From a virus (taxonomy: Duplodnaviria > Caudoviricetes): a stretch of 43,867 nucleotides of DNA. Shown one piece after another: positions 26,593 to 35,200 of the stretch. Below the pieces are notes generated by a model. The model was not told the origin of the DNA. It saw only the letters and a list, made by a program, of their open reading frames with translations, and searched no databases. A program made the position numbers and the translations under genes. The stretch is from positions 1 to 43,867 of the IMG/VR virus record IMGVR_UViG_3300011439_000029; one strand, 5' to 3'. Position 1 is the first letter of the stretch. The number at the start of each line of letters is the position of its first letter.

Positions 26593-26975
26593 GCCTTCAC
26601 CTGCCTCTGCAGCCTGTCGACTTGCGCTCGTTCCTGCTCCAGCGCGAAGCGAAGGCTGCGGTTGTTCTCTGTCGTCTCCACTACTTGCGCGTGAAGGATG
26701 GCGATCTCGGCGCTGAGATTGGTGATCTGTGCAGGAGCGTTCGCGATGAACTCGGCGTTGGCAGCTGACGTAGGTCCATTACCAGTATGGCACACGTCGG
26801 CTGTACCGTCGTCCTTCTCGCAAAGAACGGCATAGAAGTCCAGTGATCCAGTTTCTCCGTAGCTGCGCCTGATGACGCCTTCCACGTAAGCGACTAGCGC
26901 CTCTATGGACTGATATGGGCGACCTTCAGCGTCAACGAGTCTAGCAGCGTACCACTTGCTGGGATCGAGGTTCAC
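26589..26975 (-). CDS. Hypothetical protein with 'ANAEFIANAP' motif and coiled coil
   Basis: Start re-called at GTG 26973-26975 after AAGGAG; motif resembles Ead/Ea22-like phage proteins. Confidence 0.6.
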   Translation of the reverse strand: MNLDPSKWYAARLVDAEGRPYQSIEALVAYVEGVIRRSYGETGSLDFYAVLCEKDDGTADVCHTGNGPTSAANAEFIANAPAQITNLSAEIAILHAQVVETTENNRSLRFALEQERAQVDRLQRQVKA

Positions 26976-27321
26976 GTCACCATCTCCTTGATGAAGTACC
27001 CTATCACCGCCGCGCCGCCCGCGATCAGCGCTAACCACTGCATGACGCGCCAGCTGTCTTCGCCGTCGCTCTCCAGCCCGCCCTCAGTGAGGTCGTCCTC
27101 ATAGTCCTGATCGTCATCGTCGAGGCCACCCAATCCCACTCGTCGATAAGGTACTGCATGGCAGAGACCTCACGCTTCGTCGGCCTGTGGTTCGGCGTCG
27201 GCTTGGTCCACGACCAGCTTCCGTCGCGCGAGTACGTGTAGCCTTTGGACTCGAGATAGGCGATAGCCTCGGAATCCCAGCCCGGCCATTCTGCTCTGAG
27301 TTCGTCGCTAGCTGTAGGCAT
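26972..27321 (-). CDS. Hypothetical protein interrupted by a -1 frame break at ~27129 (acidic tract plus C-terminal TM helix in second frame)
   Basis: Frame 1 ...YLIDEWDW; -1 frame continues GGLDDDDQDYEDD...WLALIAGGAAVIGYFIKEMVT and its TGA overlaps the next GTG. Confidence 0.55.
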
Positions 27322-27608
27322 CACCACGTCTCCATTGACATCGGCGCTGCGGGCTGCACCGCGGGAGGCGGGTCAGAGACGAATATGAATCCGTGCTCGC
27401 GAGCCTCAACTGAGAGGCCCGCCTCACGATATTTCTTTGCGATGACCTCAGACTGATCCTTACTGTACTGATCCGCAAGGAACGGATCTTCAGTGAACTG
27501 AAATGCTGGATTGTCGCCGCACAATCGATGATGCCCGCGAAGGTATTTCGGGGGCTGAACTAGCAGCTCGACGAACCAATAGAACTGCGTGCTACGGTCG
27601 GTGGACAT
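27321..27608 (-). CDS. Hypothetical protein
   Basis: 95 aa; TGATG coupling to next gene. Confidence 0.65.
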   Translation of the reverse strand: MSTDRSTQFYWFVELLVQPPKYLRGHHRLCGDNPAFQFTEDPFLADQYSKDQSEVIAKKYREAGLSVEAREHGFIFVSDPPPAVQPAAPMSMETW

Positions 27609-27609
27609 G

Positions 27610-27717
27610 TTAGAAGACTCTCAGTGCGTGGACGATGATCGCGAACGCGAGGATAGCGACGACGATCAGTAAGAGCTGGTCGTCGCTGCTGCCGTTATCG
27701 TGAGGACTGCGACCCAC
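27610..27717 (-). CDS. Small single-TM protein (35 aa)
   Basis: MGRSPHDNGSSDDQLLLIVVAILAFAIIVHALRVF; weak RBS. Confidence 0.35.
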   Translation of the reverse strand: MGRSPHDNGSSDDQLLLIVVAILAFAIIVHALRVF

Positions 27718-27747
27718 GGCTAGCTAGATAGCTGGTTAGTTAGCGCT

Positions 27748-27921
27748 CTAGCCTTGGATGATCGAGCCGAACACCTTCCAGCCGAGAAGGGCAACGCACG
27801 CCCAGACGAGGAGTGCTGACCCCAAGCCCGACCAGTTGCGATCGCCGCCGCGGGCGTAGGGCACCGCACCTAGGACGAACCAAAGGATCATCAGAATCCA
27901 GAACAGAAGTGAAGCGCTCAT
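27748..27921 (-). CDS. Small two-TM membrane protein (57 aa), holin candidate
   Basis: MSASLLFWILMILWFVLGAVPYARGGDRNWSGLGSALLVWACVALLGWKVFGSIIQG; AAGGAGG RBS; ATGA overlap; below ORF-track cutoff. Confidence 0.7.
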   Translation of the reverse strand: MSASLLFWILMILWFVLGAVPYARGGDRNWSGLGSALLVWACVALLGWKVFGSIIQG

Positions 27922-29242
27922 GTGTTACCCTCCTTGGGACCGGTCATCTGGAAGCCGTCGCGCAGGTAGCGATTGACTGCCTGCGCCGTGAACTCGGGGC
28001 GCCACCTGGCGCGGGACTGTTGGCGAGCTTCGAGCATGAACTCGTCGAAGCCGCCGACGCTGCGGCGGGGCATGGGATACTTCTTAGTAGACACGTAATC
28101 CGCATCCTCGAGATCGTAGTTATCGAACTGCTGGACGAGGTCCGACGTATTGCCGAAGACCTCGACACCGGGCCAGTCGAAGATCACGTTGCCCTCCGAG
28201 TAGACGGCATGCACGCCGTGGTCAAGCACTCCGTCGTCGCCCTTGTGATCGCCGTTGATGTTCAGCGCGACAAGCTGAGTGCCCTTGGCGGAGTGGGCGA
28301 TGAGGTTGCGGATCATCTGGCCACTCTTGATGTTGCGCAGCAGATCCCCCCATCCGCGAGGATCCGCGTCATTGATGTCTGCGCCCTCAACAACTACGTT
28401 GCCGATGGCCTTGAACTTCACGCCTCCCGGCTCAGGCGTGTTACCACCTCCCAGTTGCAGGCCAATCGGACAGCGCACGAAGAGGTTGTTATAGGCGACG
28501 CCGCCCGACCGCATCTGAGCCCCGTGCGAGCCTGGTCGAGAGATGATATTGCCTCGCAGCACGCAGCCCGTATTGCCATTGTCGAAGTAGACATCGTGGC
28601 TGTAGATGTTGGCGTCGCCGTTATTGTCCAGCACGCACTGTTCGACCAGCAGGTCGTCGACGCCGTAGGCATAGATGCCCTGGCTGCGCCCGCCGACGAT
28701 GGGTGAGGTGGCGTCGACGATCACGCAGCGTCTCAGTATCACGTCGCTAATCCGGCCCTCCACTCCTAGGAGGGCGACGTTGATTCCGTAGCCCTCGACG
28801 AGGCAGTCCTCGATGAGCAAACCCGCACCCTTTCTCAGGAAGCTCATGCCGGTTTCAGCGTGACCGTTGAAGTGCAGGCCGATGACGGCGAGGTGGTCCA
28901 CGCTGTCGGGCGCGTCTCCACCTCCCTGCGTTAAGACGCCACCCGGTCGCCAGTCATGAGCTTCGGCCTGTCGGGCTGCGTGCCGTAGGAGCCGATGATC
29001 ATGGGCTCCAGCACTGAGCGACCGGACATCTTCCAGTGGCCGAGGCTCTCTGTCCACGTGTCGCCCTTTCGGAGGAACATGGCATCGGGGAAGCGATTCC
29101 TCATCAGAGACTTGGCCCTCTCCAGAGTTTTCACTGGAGTCTGATACCTGAGGCCGTCATTGCCGTCAGAGCCCATCGACGACGACACGAAGATGTATCG
29201 CGCATCGTCGAAGTGCGGGAAGTGGGTCCACTTGGTTCGCAT
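27918..29242 (-). CDS. Right-handed parallel beta-helix (pectin-lyase-like) protein, split by a -1 frame break at ~28942
   Basis: N-part 'FVSSSMGSDGNDGL..PVKTLERA..PDAMFLRKGDTW..SGRS..EPMIIGSYG..RP'; C-part 'LLIEDCLVEGY', 'SQGIYAYGVDDLLVEQCVLDNNG', 'HDVYFDN', 'HGAQMRSGG..NNLF' beta-helix coils. Confidence 0.75.
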
Positions 29243-29262
29243 GTTAGCCTTTACTCGTCTAG

Positions 29263-29661
29263 TTACGAGAATACCTGAGCAGCGGCGACGCCGGCTGCCG
29301 TTCCTGCCGCTGCGGAGACGCCCATCAGCCAGTAGACGCGCGAGCTCACATCGTCTAGACGCTTGTTGATGGAGTTGAGTTCCACCTTGCGAGGGAAGTC
29401 AGTGGACTGTTCGCGCATCATATCCAGGATTCCGTTGTGATGCTTGAGTCGCTCAGCCGTACTAGTTTCCGCGATCTTGACGGCCTTCTCGACCTCCACG
29501 TAGCGAACCTGAGTCTTGGACTCCAGTTCGCGTATCAGCGCTTCCATGTAGTCTCTGAGCGAGACGCGCGTGTCGGTGTCCCTCGACGCCCTCTCAAGGG
29601 CGTCGAGTCGAGCCTGTAGTGCTGCGGTAGCGGTCACAGTAGGATCGTCGAGTTGGGGCAT
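29263..29661 (-). CDS. Coiled-coil protein with C-terminal membrane anchor
   Basis: 132 aa; heptad-rich then 'VYWLMGVSAAAGTAAGVAAA'. Confidence 0.65.
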   Translation of the reverse strand: MPQLDDPTVTATAALQARLDALERASRDTDTRVSLRDYMEALIRELESKTQVRYVEVEKAVKIAETSTAERLKHHNGILDMMREQSTDFPRKVELNSINKRLDDVSSRVYWLMGVSAAAGTAAGVAAAQVFS

Positions 29662-29662
29662 G

Positions 29663-29911
29663 TCACCAGTCCACAGGTTCCAGGGGCCGCAGGCGCCGAT
29701 GATCGGGTTCAGGGTACAGGTCCCGGAGCGTATCTAGTTCGAACTCGCGTAGCGCGCTTTTCATTCGGCACGGAAGGCACCATTCGTCTCTGTCGAGTAC
29801 TAGCGAGACCTTCGCGCATTCGTCACCAGGCTGATCGTTGAAGTACTCGCAGCCGCGGTCGATTAGCTCCTTGCATGCCTCGATGATTGCTTGGGCCTCT
29901 CGCTGGCTCAT
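29663..29911 (-). CDS. Hypothetical Cys-containing protein
   Basis: Start re-called at ATG 29909-29911 (MSQREAQ); 'WCLPC'. Confidence 0.55.
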   Translation of the reverse strand: MSQREAQAIIEACKELIDRGCEYFNDQPGDECAKVSLVLDRDEWCLPCRMKSALREFELDTLRDLYPEPDHRRLRPLEPVDW

Positions 29912-30051
29912 AGTATCAGGTCCAGCGTGAACATCAGCACCATGAACGCGATCAGCACGACTGCGCGCGTCCACTCCCTGCTGTTTCGGTCCTCGTCGGC
30001 ACTCGACGCGGCTCTGAGAACCTCTAGCTCATCCAGCCCGTGCCTACACAC
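29908..30051 (-). CDS. Small protein with C-terminal TM segment (47 aa)
   Basis: GTG after GAGGAG; ...WTRAVVLIAFMVLMFTLDLIL; TGA overlaps next ATG. Confidence 0.45.
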   Translation of the reverse strand: MCRHGLDELEVLRAASSADEDRNSREWTRAVVLIAFMVLMFTLDLIL

Positions 30052-30322
30052 GCGGCGTCTCCTCGAACGTCTGTGAAGTCGCCTCTGGCGGGAAGAGCGT
30101 AGTCAACATCGTGACTTTGTCGGTCCACCACGTCTTGTCCTTGTCTGCGTATTCCAAGCAGCGATTTATTATTCCTGCGGCCCACGAGGCGATGTACTGA
30201 ACGCATGAGTCGCTGATGAGCGAGCCGTGATGTCTCTTCAGCGTGATAGTAGTAATCTTGGCCTCTATGACCGCGCTGTCGTGAATCAGGTACACAGAGT
30301 CGTTGAGCATCAGGTGTTCCAT
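30044..30322 (-). CDS. Hypothetical protein
   Basis: Start re-called at MEHLMLND after GAGGAG. Confidence 0.6.
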   Translation of the reverse strand: MEHLMLNDSVYLIHDSAVIEAKITTITLKRHHGSLISDSCVQYIASWAAGIINRCLEYADKDKTWWTDKVTMLTTLFPPEATSQTFEETPRV

Positions 30323-30663
30323 TCCGTCTCCTCGTTCCTCTCCAGGATCCTGCGCGCGAGGGCGACCCACACTTCCCACGGCTGCGCCTTCACGGTGCGG
30401 CCGTCGTCCATCTTCTGAGGATCGACGATGATCCAGCCGCCTCCTCGCCCCTTCCTCAGCGCCACCCTTCCCGACCTGCACTCGTCGGGGAGCTCGATGC
30501 CTGCGCAGCGGTGGCACTGGCCAAGAAGGCGGTGATCGTCGCATGCCAGTGCGCCGCAGGTCCTGCACGGTCTCATGTCGCCCTTCGGCTCAAGCCTGCT
30601 GGTACAGATGCGGCACTTGAGCCGCCTCCTGTTGTACGCGCCCTTCGTAGTAGCCTTCGTCAT
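30310..30663 (-). CDS. Zn-finger hypothetical protein
   Basis: CxxC, CxxC, CxxH, CxxC motifs. Confidence 0.65.
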   Translation of the reverse strand: MTKATTKGAYNRRRLKCRICTSRLEPKGDMRPCRTCGALACDDHRLLGQCHRCAGIELPDECRSGRVALRKGRGGGWIIVDPQKMDDGRTVKAQPWEVWVALARRILERNEETEWNT

Positions 30664-30664
30664 G

Positions 30665-30889
30665 CTAGTCCTTTTTGCTTCCTGTCCTCTTCCTCTCCCT
30701 AGCGAGTTGGACCTCTATTCGCTCGCGAGCGAACTGCAGGTCCTTCTTGAGCGACTCGACTTCCGAGATCTTCATCGCGCAGCAGTCGTGGCACCAGTCG
30801 GCGTCGAGTGCACGTACCGTCAGCCTCAGCGGCAGCCTCTTCTGGCAGCGGTGACACGAGACTGTATGACCTCGCTGGTCTCCGCTCAC
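30665..30889 (-). CDS. Zn-ribbon plus coiled-coil hypothetical protein
   Basis: CHRC...CHDC; GTGA coupling. Confidence 0.6.
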   Translation of the reverse strand: MSGDQRGHTVSCHRCQKRLPLRLTVRALDADWCHDCCAMKISEVESLKKDLQFARERIEVQLARERKRTGSKKD

Positions 30890-31224
30890 GATTCGCCCTT
30901 CATTGTTTCGGCCCTCATAGCCTCGATGACGATCTCTGTAGAGCGGTGGGCCAACTTCACCGCGAGCAGAAGCGCCTCCTCACTCTCGTCGTCATGTATC
31001 GAGCAGTGGTGGACTTGGCAGAACTCCTTAGCCTTCAAGAACTCGAGGTAGGCGCCTACGGCTGGGTGCTCCACTGCGAGCAGCACGCCCACTTGGTCGA
31101 GCCTCCTGATGTCGCTGTTGGACAGCTCAGGCTGGCTGTCCATCGACGCTACCAGCTCGTCTCTGACTCGAAGCACCTTCTGACGGTCTACGTCGTCTAG
31201 CATGTCATCTTCGTAGTCGCTCAT
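30886..31224 (-). CDS. Hypothetical protein
   Basis: Start re-called at MSDYEDD (ATGA overlap). Confidence 0.6.
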   Translation of the reverse strand: MSDYEDDMLDDVDRQKVLRVRDELVASMDSQPELSNSDIRRLDQVGVLLAVEHPAVGAYLEFLKAKEFCQVHHCSIHDDESEEALLLAVKLAHRSTEIVIEAMRAETMKGES

Positions 31225-31601
31225 GCTCCGTACCTCATGTCGTGGTAGATGGCCACCATTCCGCAGACGGAGCACGTGGCAGACGACATGTTCTCCGACT
31301 CGAAGTCAGGACCATCCCACTTGTGATCGCAGTCCTTGACGTAGTGCAGCTTCAGGCACTCGAGGATGGGCAGCCCACAGCGGCGATCGCACGTGTAGCC
31401 GCATGCGCAGCGGCACTCGCCAGTACTCGAGTCACTCTGTTTCTCAGGTGGCTCGCAGTACGCGCACGTCGACCCGCCGCCTGAGACTGCTACCAGCTTG
31501 AGGCCGCAGGAGGGGCACACGGCCGGCCCACCTGACTTGGACCTCACGCTGTCATCCTCGCCGTATGACATGTCTTGGCAGTCGGGGAAGGGACCAGTCA
31601 T
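31221..31601 (-). CDS. Cys-rich multi-Zn-finger protein
   Basis: CPSC..CAYC; CRCACGYTCDRRCGL..C..LHY..C.H; CSVC. Confidence 0.7.
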   Translation of the reverse strand: MTGPFPDCQDMSYGEDDSVRSKSGGPAVCPSCGLKLVAVSGGGSTCAYCEPPEKQSDSSTGECRCACGYTCDRRCGLPILECLKLHYVKDCDHKWDGPDFESENMSSATCSVCGMVAIYHDMRYGA

Positions 31602-31819
31602 GACTTTTTCCTGTCGGCGCGCGCCTTCGTCATCGCACCGTCACACCGCTTCCTGTACGCGAAGAGGGCGTCGAGCACAGGTCCTTCTAACGCGATACGC
31701 GTAGTGCGATCTTGCCCGCGCAAGTCGAGCGTGATGTGGTATCCATCGAAGCTGGCATACACGCCGTCCCCGAGATACTCGTCGTTCACGATGGCCTTGG
31801 GTGTGTCCTGATGCTCCAT
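31598..31819 (-). CDS. Small phage protein with 'YLGDGVYASFDG' motif
   Basis: 73 aa; AGGA RBS; ATGA coupling. Confidence 0.7.
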   Translation of the reverse strand: MEHQDTPKAIVNDEYLGDGVYASFDGYHITLDLRGQDRTTRIALEGPVLDALFAYRKRCDGAMTKARADRKKS

Positions 31820-31919
31820 GATGCTAGTCCTAGTTGGGTGTATAGTAGACCTCCCAGTCCGCCCTGGTGTTCCTGGGTGTGACTGGGAGGCCCCTGCAGT
31901 TCTCAGGCTCTGTATCGGC

Positions 31920-34250
31920 CTACTGACCTACCATGATCTGGTACAGCGCGATAAGGCCCGCCTTGTTGTCGAGCTGGAACGTCGGTTTCTCGAGCATCTT
32001 GGCTAGCGGATTCCCGCCGAACGCGTCCATGATGAGGGCATCCACGCCTGTAGACCCTGCCCTCTTCGCAGACGCGAGCAGCGACCACGTCTGCCAGTTG
32101 TCGAGATCGAGCACGACTGGTTGCGGCTTGTTGGTAAGCGTGTAGGCAGGCAGCGCAGGATTCTTGGGCCGCGGCGTCGAGCGCGTATACGGCGAGCCCT
32201 TGCCCATAGCCCAGTGGAACGCGTACCTATCGCCGACGTTGCGCAGCAGCACCGCGTACCGAGGATCTCCAGTCGCAGCGTAGCACGCAGCTACGCCGGC
32301 GCCCACGTTGATCCCGTCCTCGATGGCCTGCGTAGCGGCGTCGTCTCCGAATCCGTCTGTAGGCTTGCCCGACTCGTGCGCCAACCAGCACCCGGATGGG
32401 AGCTGCGAGCGCTCTAGCACGGTGATGTTCGCCTCCATCCACGGCTTCAGCCTGTCGCGGTTCGGCGTCACCTGGTACCACGCCGCTACGGCGAAGCGGA
32501 CCCAGCCCGCGTCGCGCCCGCCGAAGGCTCCCTTGCCTGGGAACTGTGCGGACTTCGCCAGCGCCGCGGCTAGCTCGCCCTCGCCAGTCTCGTATGAGTA
32601 CATGCGAGCCTGTTCTGCCTCGACCTCCAGCGACCAGCGGCCGATAGAGTCGTTACAGAGCCACACCAGCGAGCACGATGCTGCGGTCTTGCGACCGTGG
32701 TGTTGAAAGTCCAGCGGCTCATACGACGCGAGGTAGCTCTCGTAGGAGGGTCGAAGTCCTAAGGCTTCGACCTGGTCGCGGCGCCACTGGCTCGCAGCCT
32801 TCCAGTTCAGCTGGCCCTCCTTGCCGTTCCACATGACGCCTGGATAGGCCGATAGTTTCCAGCCAGGTGCGAGCTGCTCCGCTCGCTGAACGCCGCCCTG
32901 CATGTCGAAAATGCCAGTGCGGTGTCGGTCTGTGATAGTGCGGTGGTACGCCATCACTTCGTGCAGCTTGTCCGCGCGGCCAGTGAGAAGAACTCCCAGC
33001 CCGTCGTACTGCCAGATGCCAATGCCGCCTGTCACGCCGCCGTAGGAGCTGCCCCACGGGTGGTATGGACCCGCGGCGCCGCTGTTGCCGCCGCCTCCTG
33101 CGGGTAGCGACGTGCCGTTGGCCAGCGCGTTGCGCATACCGACCACAGTCATCTCGTAGGGATAGGCGTCTAGGTTCATCCCAGCGACGTACGTCGGCAT
33201 GGGCATCGCCTGCGGGAAGTACCACGGCGTGTTGGGGTTCTGCGGCGACCACAGCCCCTTGCCGGGAACACAGACCCCAAAGCCGTCCATGCGCAGCGCA
33301 GACAGCGCGCGTGCTGAGTCCTGCGGTTCGTACACGACAAAGCGGAACTCCGTGCACTGCTTCTGCAGCATCACATGCATGGTGCCGTCGACGTTCGCTT
33401 TGATCAGCGCGCCATTGGGATCTGCCCACGGATGAGGCAGCAGGTGCGCGACGACCTGGCCTGCCGGTATGTCGATCAAGCGCAGATCAGTGAAGTAGGA
33501 GTCGCCCTGGACGGGCACTGGTCCGTTGTGCACTACCAGTTCGCAAAGAGTGAAGTCCTCACCTGCGATTTGGGTCTCAGCGATGATGAACCCGAGCAAC
33601 GCGTCGCCTGCCTGTGAGCGCAGGTAGCCGCGCCGCTCCTCCGTCATGGCGACTGGGCCAGAGCGCGTCATGACCGAAGTCGCGTCAGTCGAGACGTACG
33701 TAGTTCCAGCGTGGTCGACGGCACGCAGCTTCAAGTCCACGTCGGTGGAAACAGCTGGCCCTGGGATGGACGCACCTGCGACGAGGCCGAACTCCTGCGT
33801 GCCTGCATTGGTCTGGGCGAGCGCCATGATCTCGACCATGCGCGCCTCGTCTTGTGGTCCGCGAGTGACGACAGTGGCCTGCGTCGCGAGTGCTCGACCG
33901 TCGCGGTCGACGAGGTGCATCGGCCCCAACTGTGCCACTGGGACGTTGACCCGTATGACGAGTTGGCCAGAGTCGGGAGGCGAGACGCGGACGCGAGCAA
34001 GCACTCCACTCGGGTCCACGGGCGGCGGGCGAGTACCAGGGTCGACGGGAGGCGGCCTCACCGGCGGCGGCCTGGTCGGCTCGTCGGGCCGCACGTACGG
34101 CGGGCGGTCGGGCCTCGTGACGACGATGACACCGCCGCCAGCTCCGCCGAGGGCGAGCAGCGCGAGCCACACCTTTCGAGCGCGTGGTGACATGCGTCGC
34201 AGAATCTCCGGCGTGATGCGCGACAGGAAGGACGTTCGATCTTGAGGCAT
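31920..34250 (-). CDS. Membrane-anchored 776-aa protein, putative PcRGLX/YetA-like polysaccharide lyase architecture
   Basis: GGAG RBS; N-terminal basic + hydrophobic anchor; Pro-rich linker (RPPPVRPPPVDP); 'VNVP...LVDRDGRALATQATVV.R', 'SGPV' then an aromatic-rich helical C-terminal region ('GRDAGW..A..A.Y', 'YAATGDPRY') like an alpha/alpha toroid. Confidence 0.5.
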   Translation of the reverse strand: MPQDRTSFLSRITPEILRRMSPRARKVWLALLALGGAGGGVIVVTRPDRPPYVRPDEPTRPPPVRPPPVDPGTRPPPVDPSGVLARVRVSPPDSGQLVIRVNVPVAQLGPMHLVDRDGRALATQATVVTRGPQDEARMVEIMALAQTNAGTQEFGLVAGASIPGPAVSTDVDLKLRAVDHAGTTYVSTDATSVMTRSGPVAMTEERRGYLRSQAGDALLGFIIAETQIAGEDFTLCELVVHNGPVPVQGDSYFTDLRLIDIPAGQVVAHLLPHPWADPNGALIKANVDGTMHVMLQKQCTEFRFVVYEPQDSARALSALRMDGFGVCVPGKGLWSPQNPNTPWYFPQAMPMPTYVAGMNLDAYPYEMTVVGMRNALANGTSLPAGGGGNSGAAGPYHPWGSSYGGVTGGIGIWQYDGLGVLLTGRADKLHEVMAYHRTITDRHRTGIFDMQGGVQRAEQLAPGWKLSAYPGVMWNGKEGQLNWKAASQWRRDQVEALGLRPSYESYLASYEPLDFQHHGRKTAASCSLVWLCNDSIGRWSLEVEAEQARMYSYETGEGELAAALAKSAQFPGKGAFGGRDAGWVRFAVAAWYQVTPNRDRLKPWMEANITVLERSQLPSGCWLAHESGKPTDGFGDDAATQAIEDGINVGAGVAACYAATGDPRYAVLLRNVGDRYAFHWAMGKGSPYTRSTPRPKNPALPAYTLTNKPQPVVLDLDNWQTWSLLASAKRAGSTGVDALIMDAFGGNPLAKMLEKPTFQLDNKAGLIALYQIMVGQ

Positions 34251-34265
34251 TGTGATCTCCTAATG

Positions 34266-34709
34266 CTACTCGTTCCAGCAAGCCGCACAGTACGGCTGCC
34301 TGGGAAGTGGCTTAGTCGCTACGTCGAGGTGTCTCGAGTCGTGACCGCAGGGGAGCGTGCCGGAGATCACGCCGCCTCCCCTGCTTACCTTGATACCGCT
34401 CTCGGCGACGACGCCGACGAACCCGCCTTCGCACGTAGAGCCGGTGACACGACCGTTGCTATGAAGGGTCGCTTGCCACTCTCCATCGTCGTGCCTATCG
34501 ATGACATCGGCGTGCGTGAGATCGAGGCGGAAGATGCGCTTGAACGCGTGTACCGCCTTCTCGTGACCGTCGCGCTCATAGTCCTGACCGCGAGTAGCAT
34601 CGTCCTCCTCCCAGATGATCACGACGCGGCGATGCCAGTTGTGCCAGTGGTCAACATCGAGTACTCCATGGTCGAAGTTAGGCTTCTGCCGCTTGACGAT
34701 GAAACTCAC
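34266..34709 (-). CDS. Hypothetical protein with C-terminal Zn-binding motif
   Basis: 'LPCGH...YCAAC'; GTGA coupling. Confidence 0.55.
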   Translation of the reverse strand: MSFIVKRQKPNFDHGVLDVDHWHNWHRRVVIIWEEDDATRGQDYERDGHEKAVHAFKRIFRLDLTHADVIDRHDDGEWQATLHSNGRVTGSTCEGGFVGVVAESGIKVSRGGGVISGTLPCGHDSRHLDVATKPLPRQPYCAACWNE

Positions 34710-34924
34710 AGCTCGAACCTCCGCCTGCGGCGCTTTGGGCCGATGGGCTTGCGTGTCCTCGCGCCGGGTGCGCTGATATTGGGCTTCCTCGCGTCGAACC
34801 TGCTAGCCAGCACGTGGGTCCTGCAGCGCGAGTAGTGTAGTAGCATACATGCCTCCACCTCCAGGCCGCAGGACTCGCCCTCCTGCCTGGAGCACGTGTA
34901 CCTGCAATCGCACGCACTCTTCAT
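34706..34924 (-). CDS. Cys-rich basic protein related to part of 31221..31601
   Basis: Start re-called at MKSACDCRYTC (ATGA overlap); CDCRYTCSR..CGL..C..LHY..C..H. Confidence 0.6.
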   Translation of the reverse strand: MKSACDCRYTCSRQEGESCGLEVEACMLLHYSRCRTHVLASRFDARKPNISAPGARTRKPIGPKRRRRRFEL

Positions 34925-35199
34925 CTTGACGACGCCCTCACGTCGTAGCCGCAGACGCCGAGGATGGCGATCACAGTGCGCATGCGCGGATCCCTCGTGT
35001 AGACGAGTGCGTGGTGCTGCACCGTCTGCCAACAGATGCCTGCCTTGTCGGCGATCTCGGAGTACGACATGCCGTCCCTCTTGGCGGCACGAATGACCTG
35101 GCCGTAGTAGACGCGCCACTTGTCGCCCGAGAGCTCGAACGACTTGGGCGCTGACTTCGTAGCTGACTTCGTAGCTGACTTAGTAGCTGACTGTGACAT
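34921..35199 (-). CDS. HTH DNA-binding protein with N-terminal SATK repeats
   Basis: 'GMSYSEIADKAGICWQTV...PRMRTVIAIL..CGY' XRE-like HTH. Confidence 0.75.
   Translation of the reverse strand: MSQSATKSATKSATKSAPKSFELSGDKWRVYYGQVIRAAKRDGMSYSEIADKAGICWQTVQHHALVYTRDPRMRTVIAILGVCGYDVRASSR
35143..35192. repeat. 12-bp tandem repeat (GTAGCTGACTTC-like, ~3.5 copies)
   Basis: ctgacttcgtag ctgacttcgtag ctgacttagtag ctgact; encodes SATK SATK SATK SAPK. Confidence 0.9.
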
Positions 35200-35200
35200 G

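Noticed and set aside
27850-27870. Suspected frameshift in the small two-TM gene
   Set aside because: On re-reading, GTG CCC TAC is in frame; the 57-aa ORF is intact
35143-35192. Possible CRISPR-like repeat
   Set aside because: 12-bp head-to-tail repeats without spacers, in frame within a CDS
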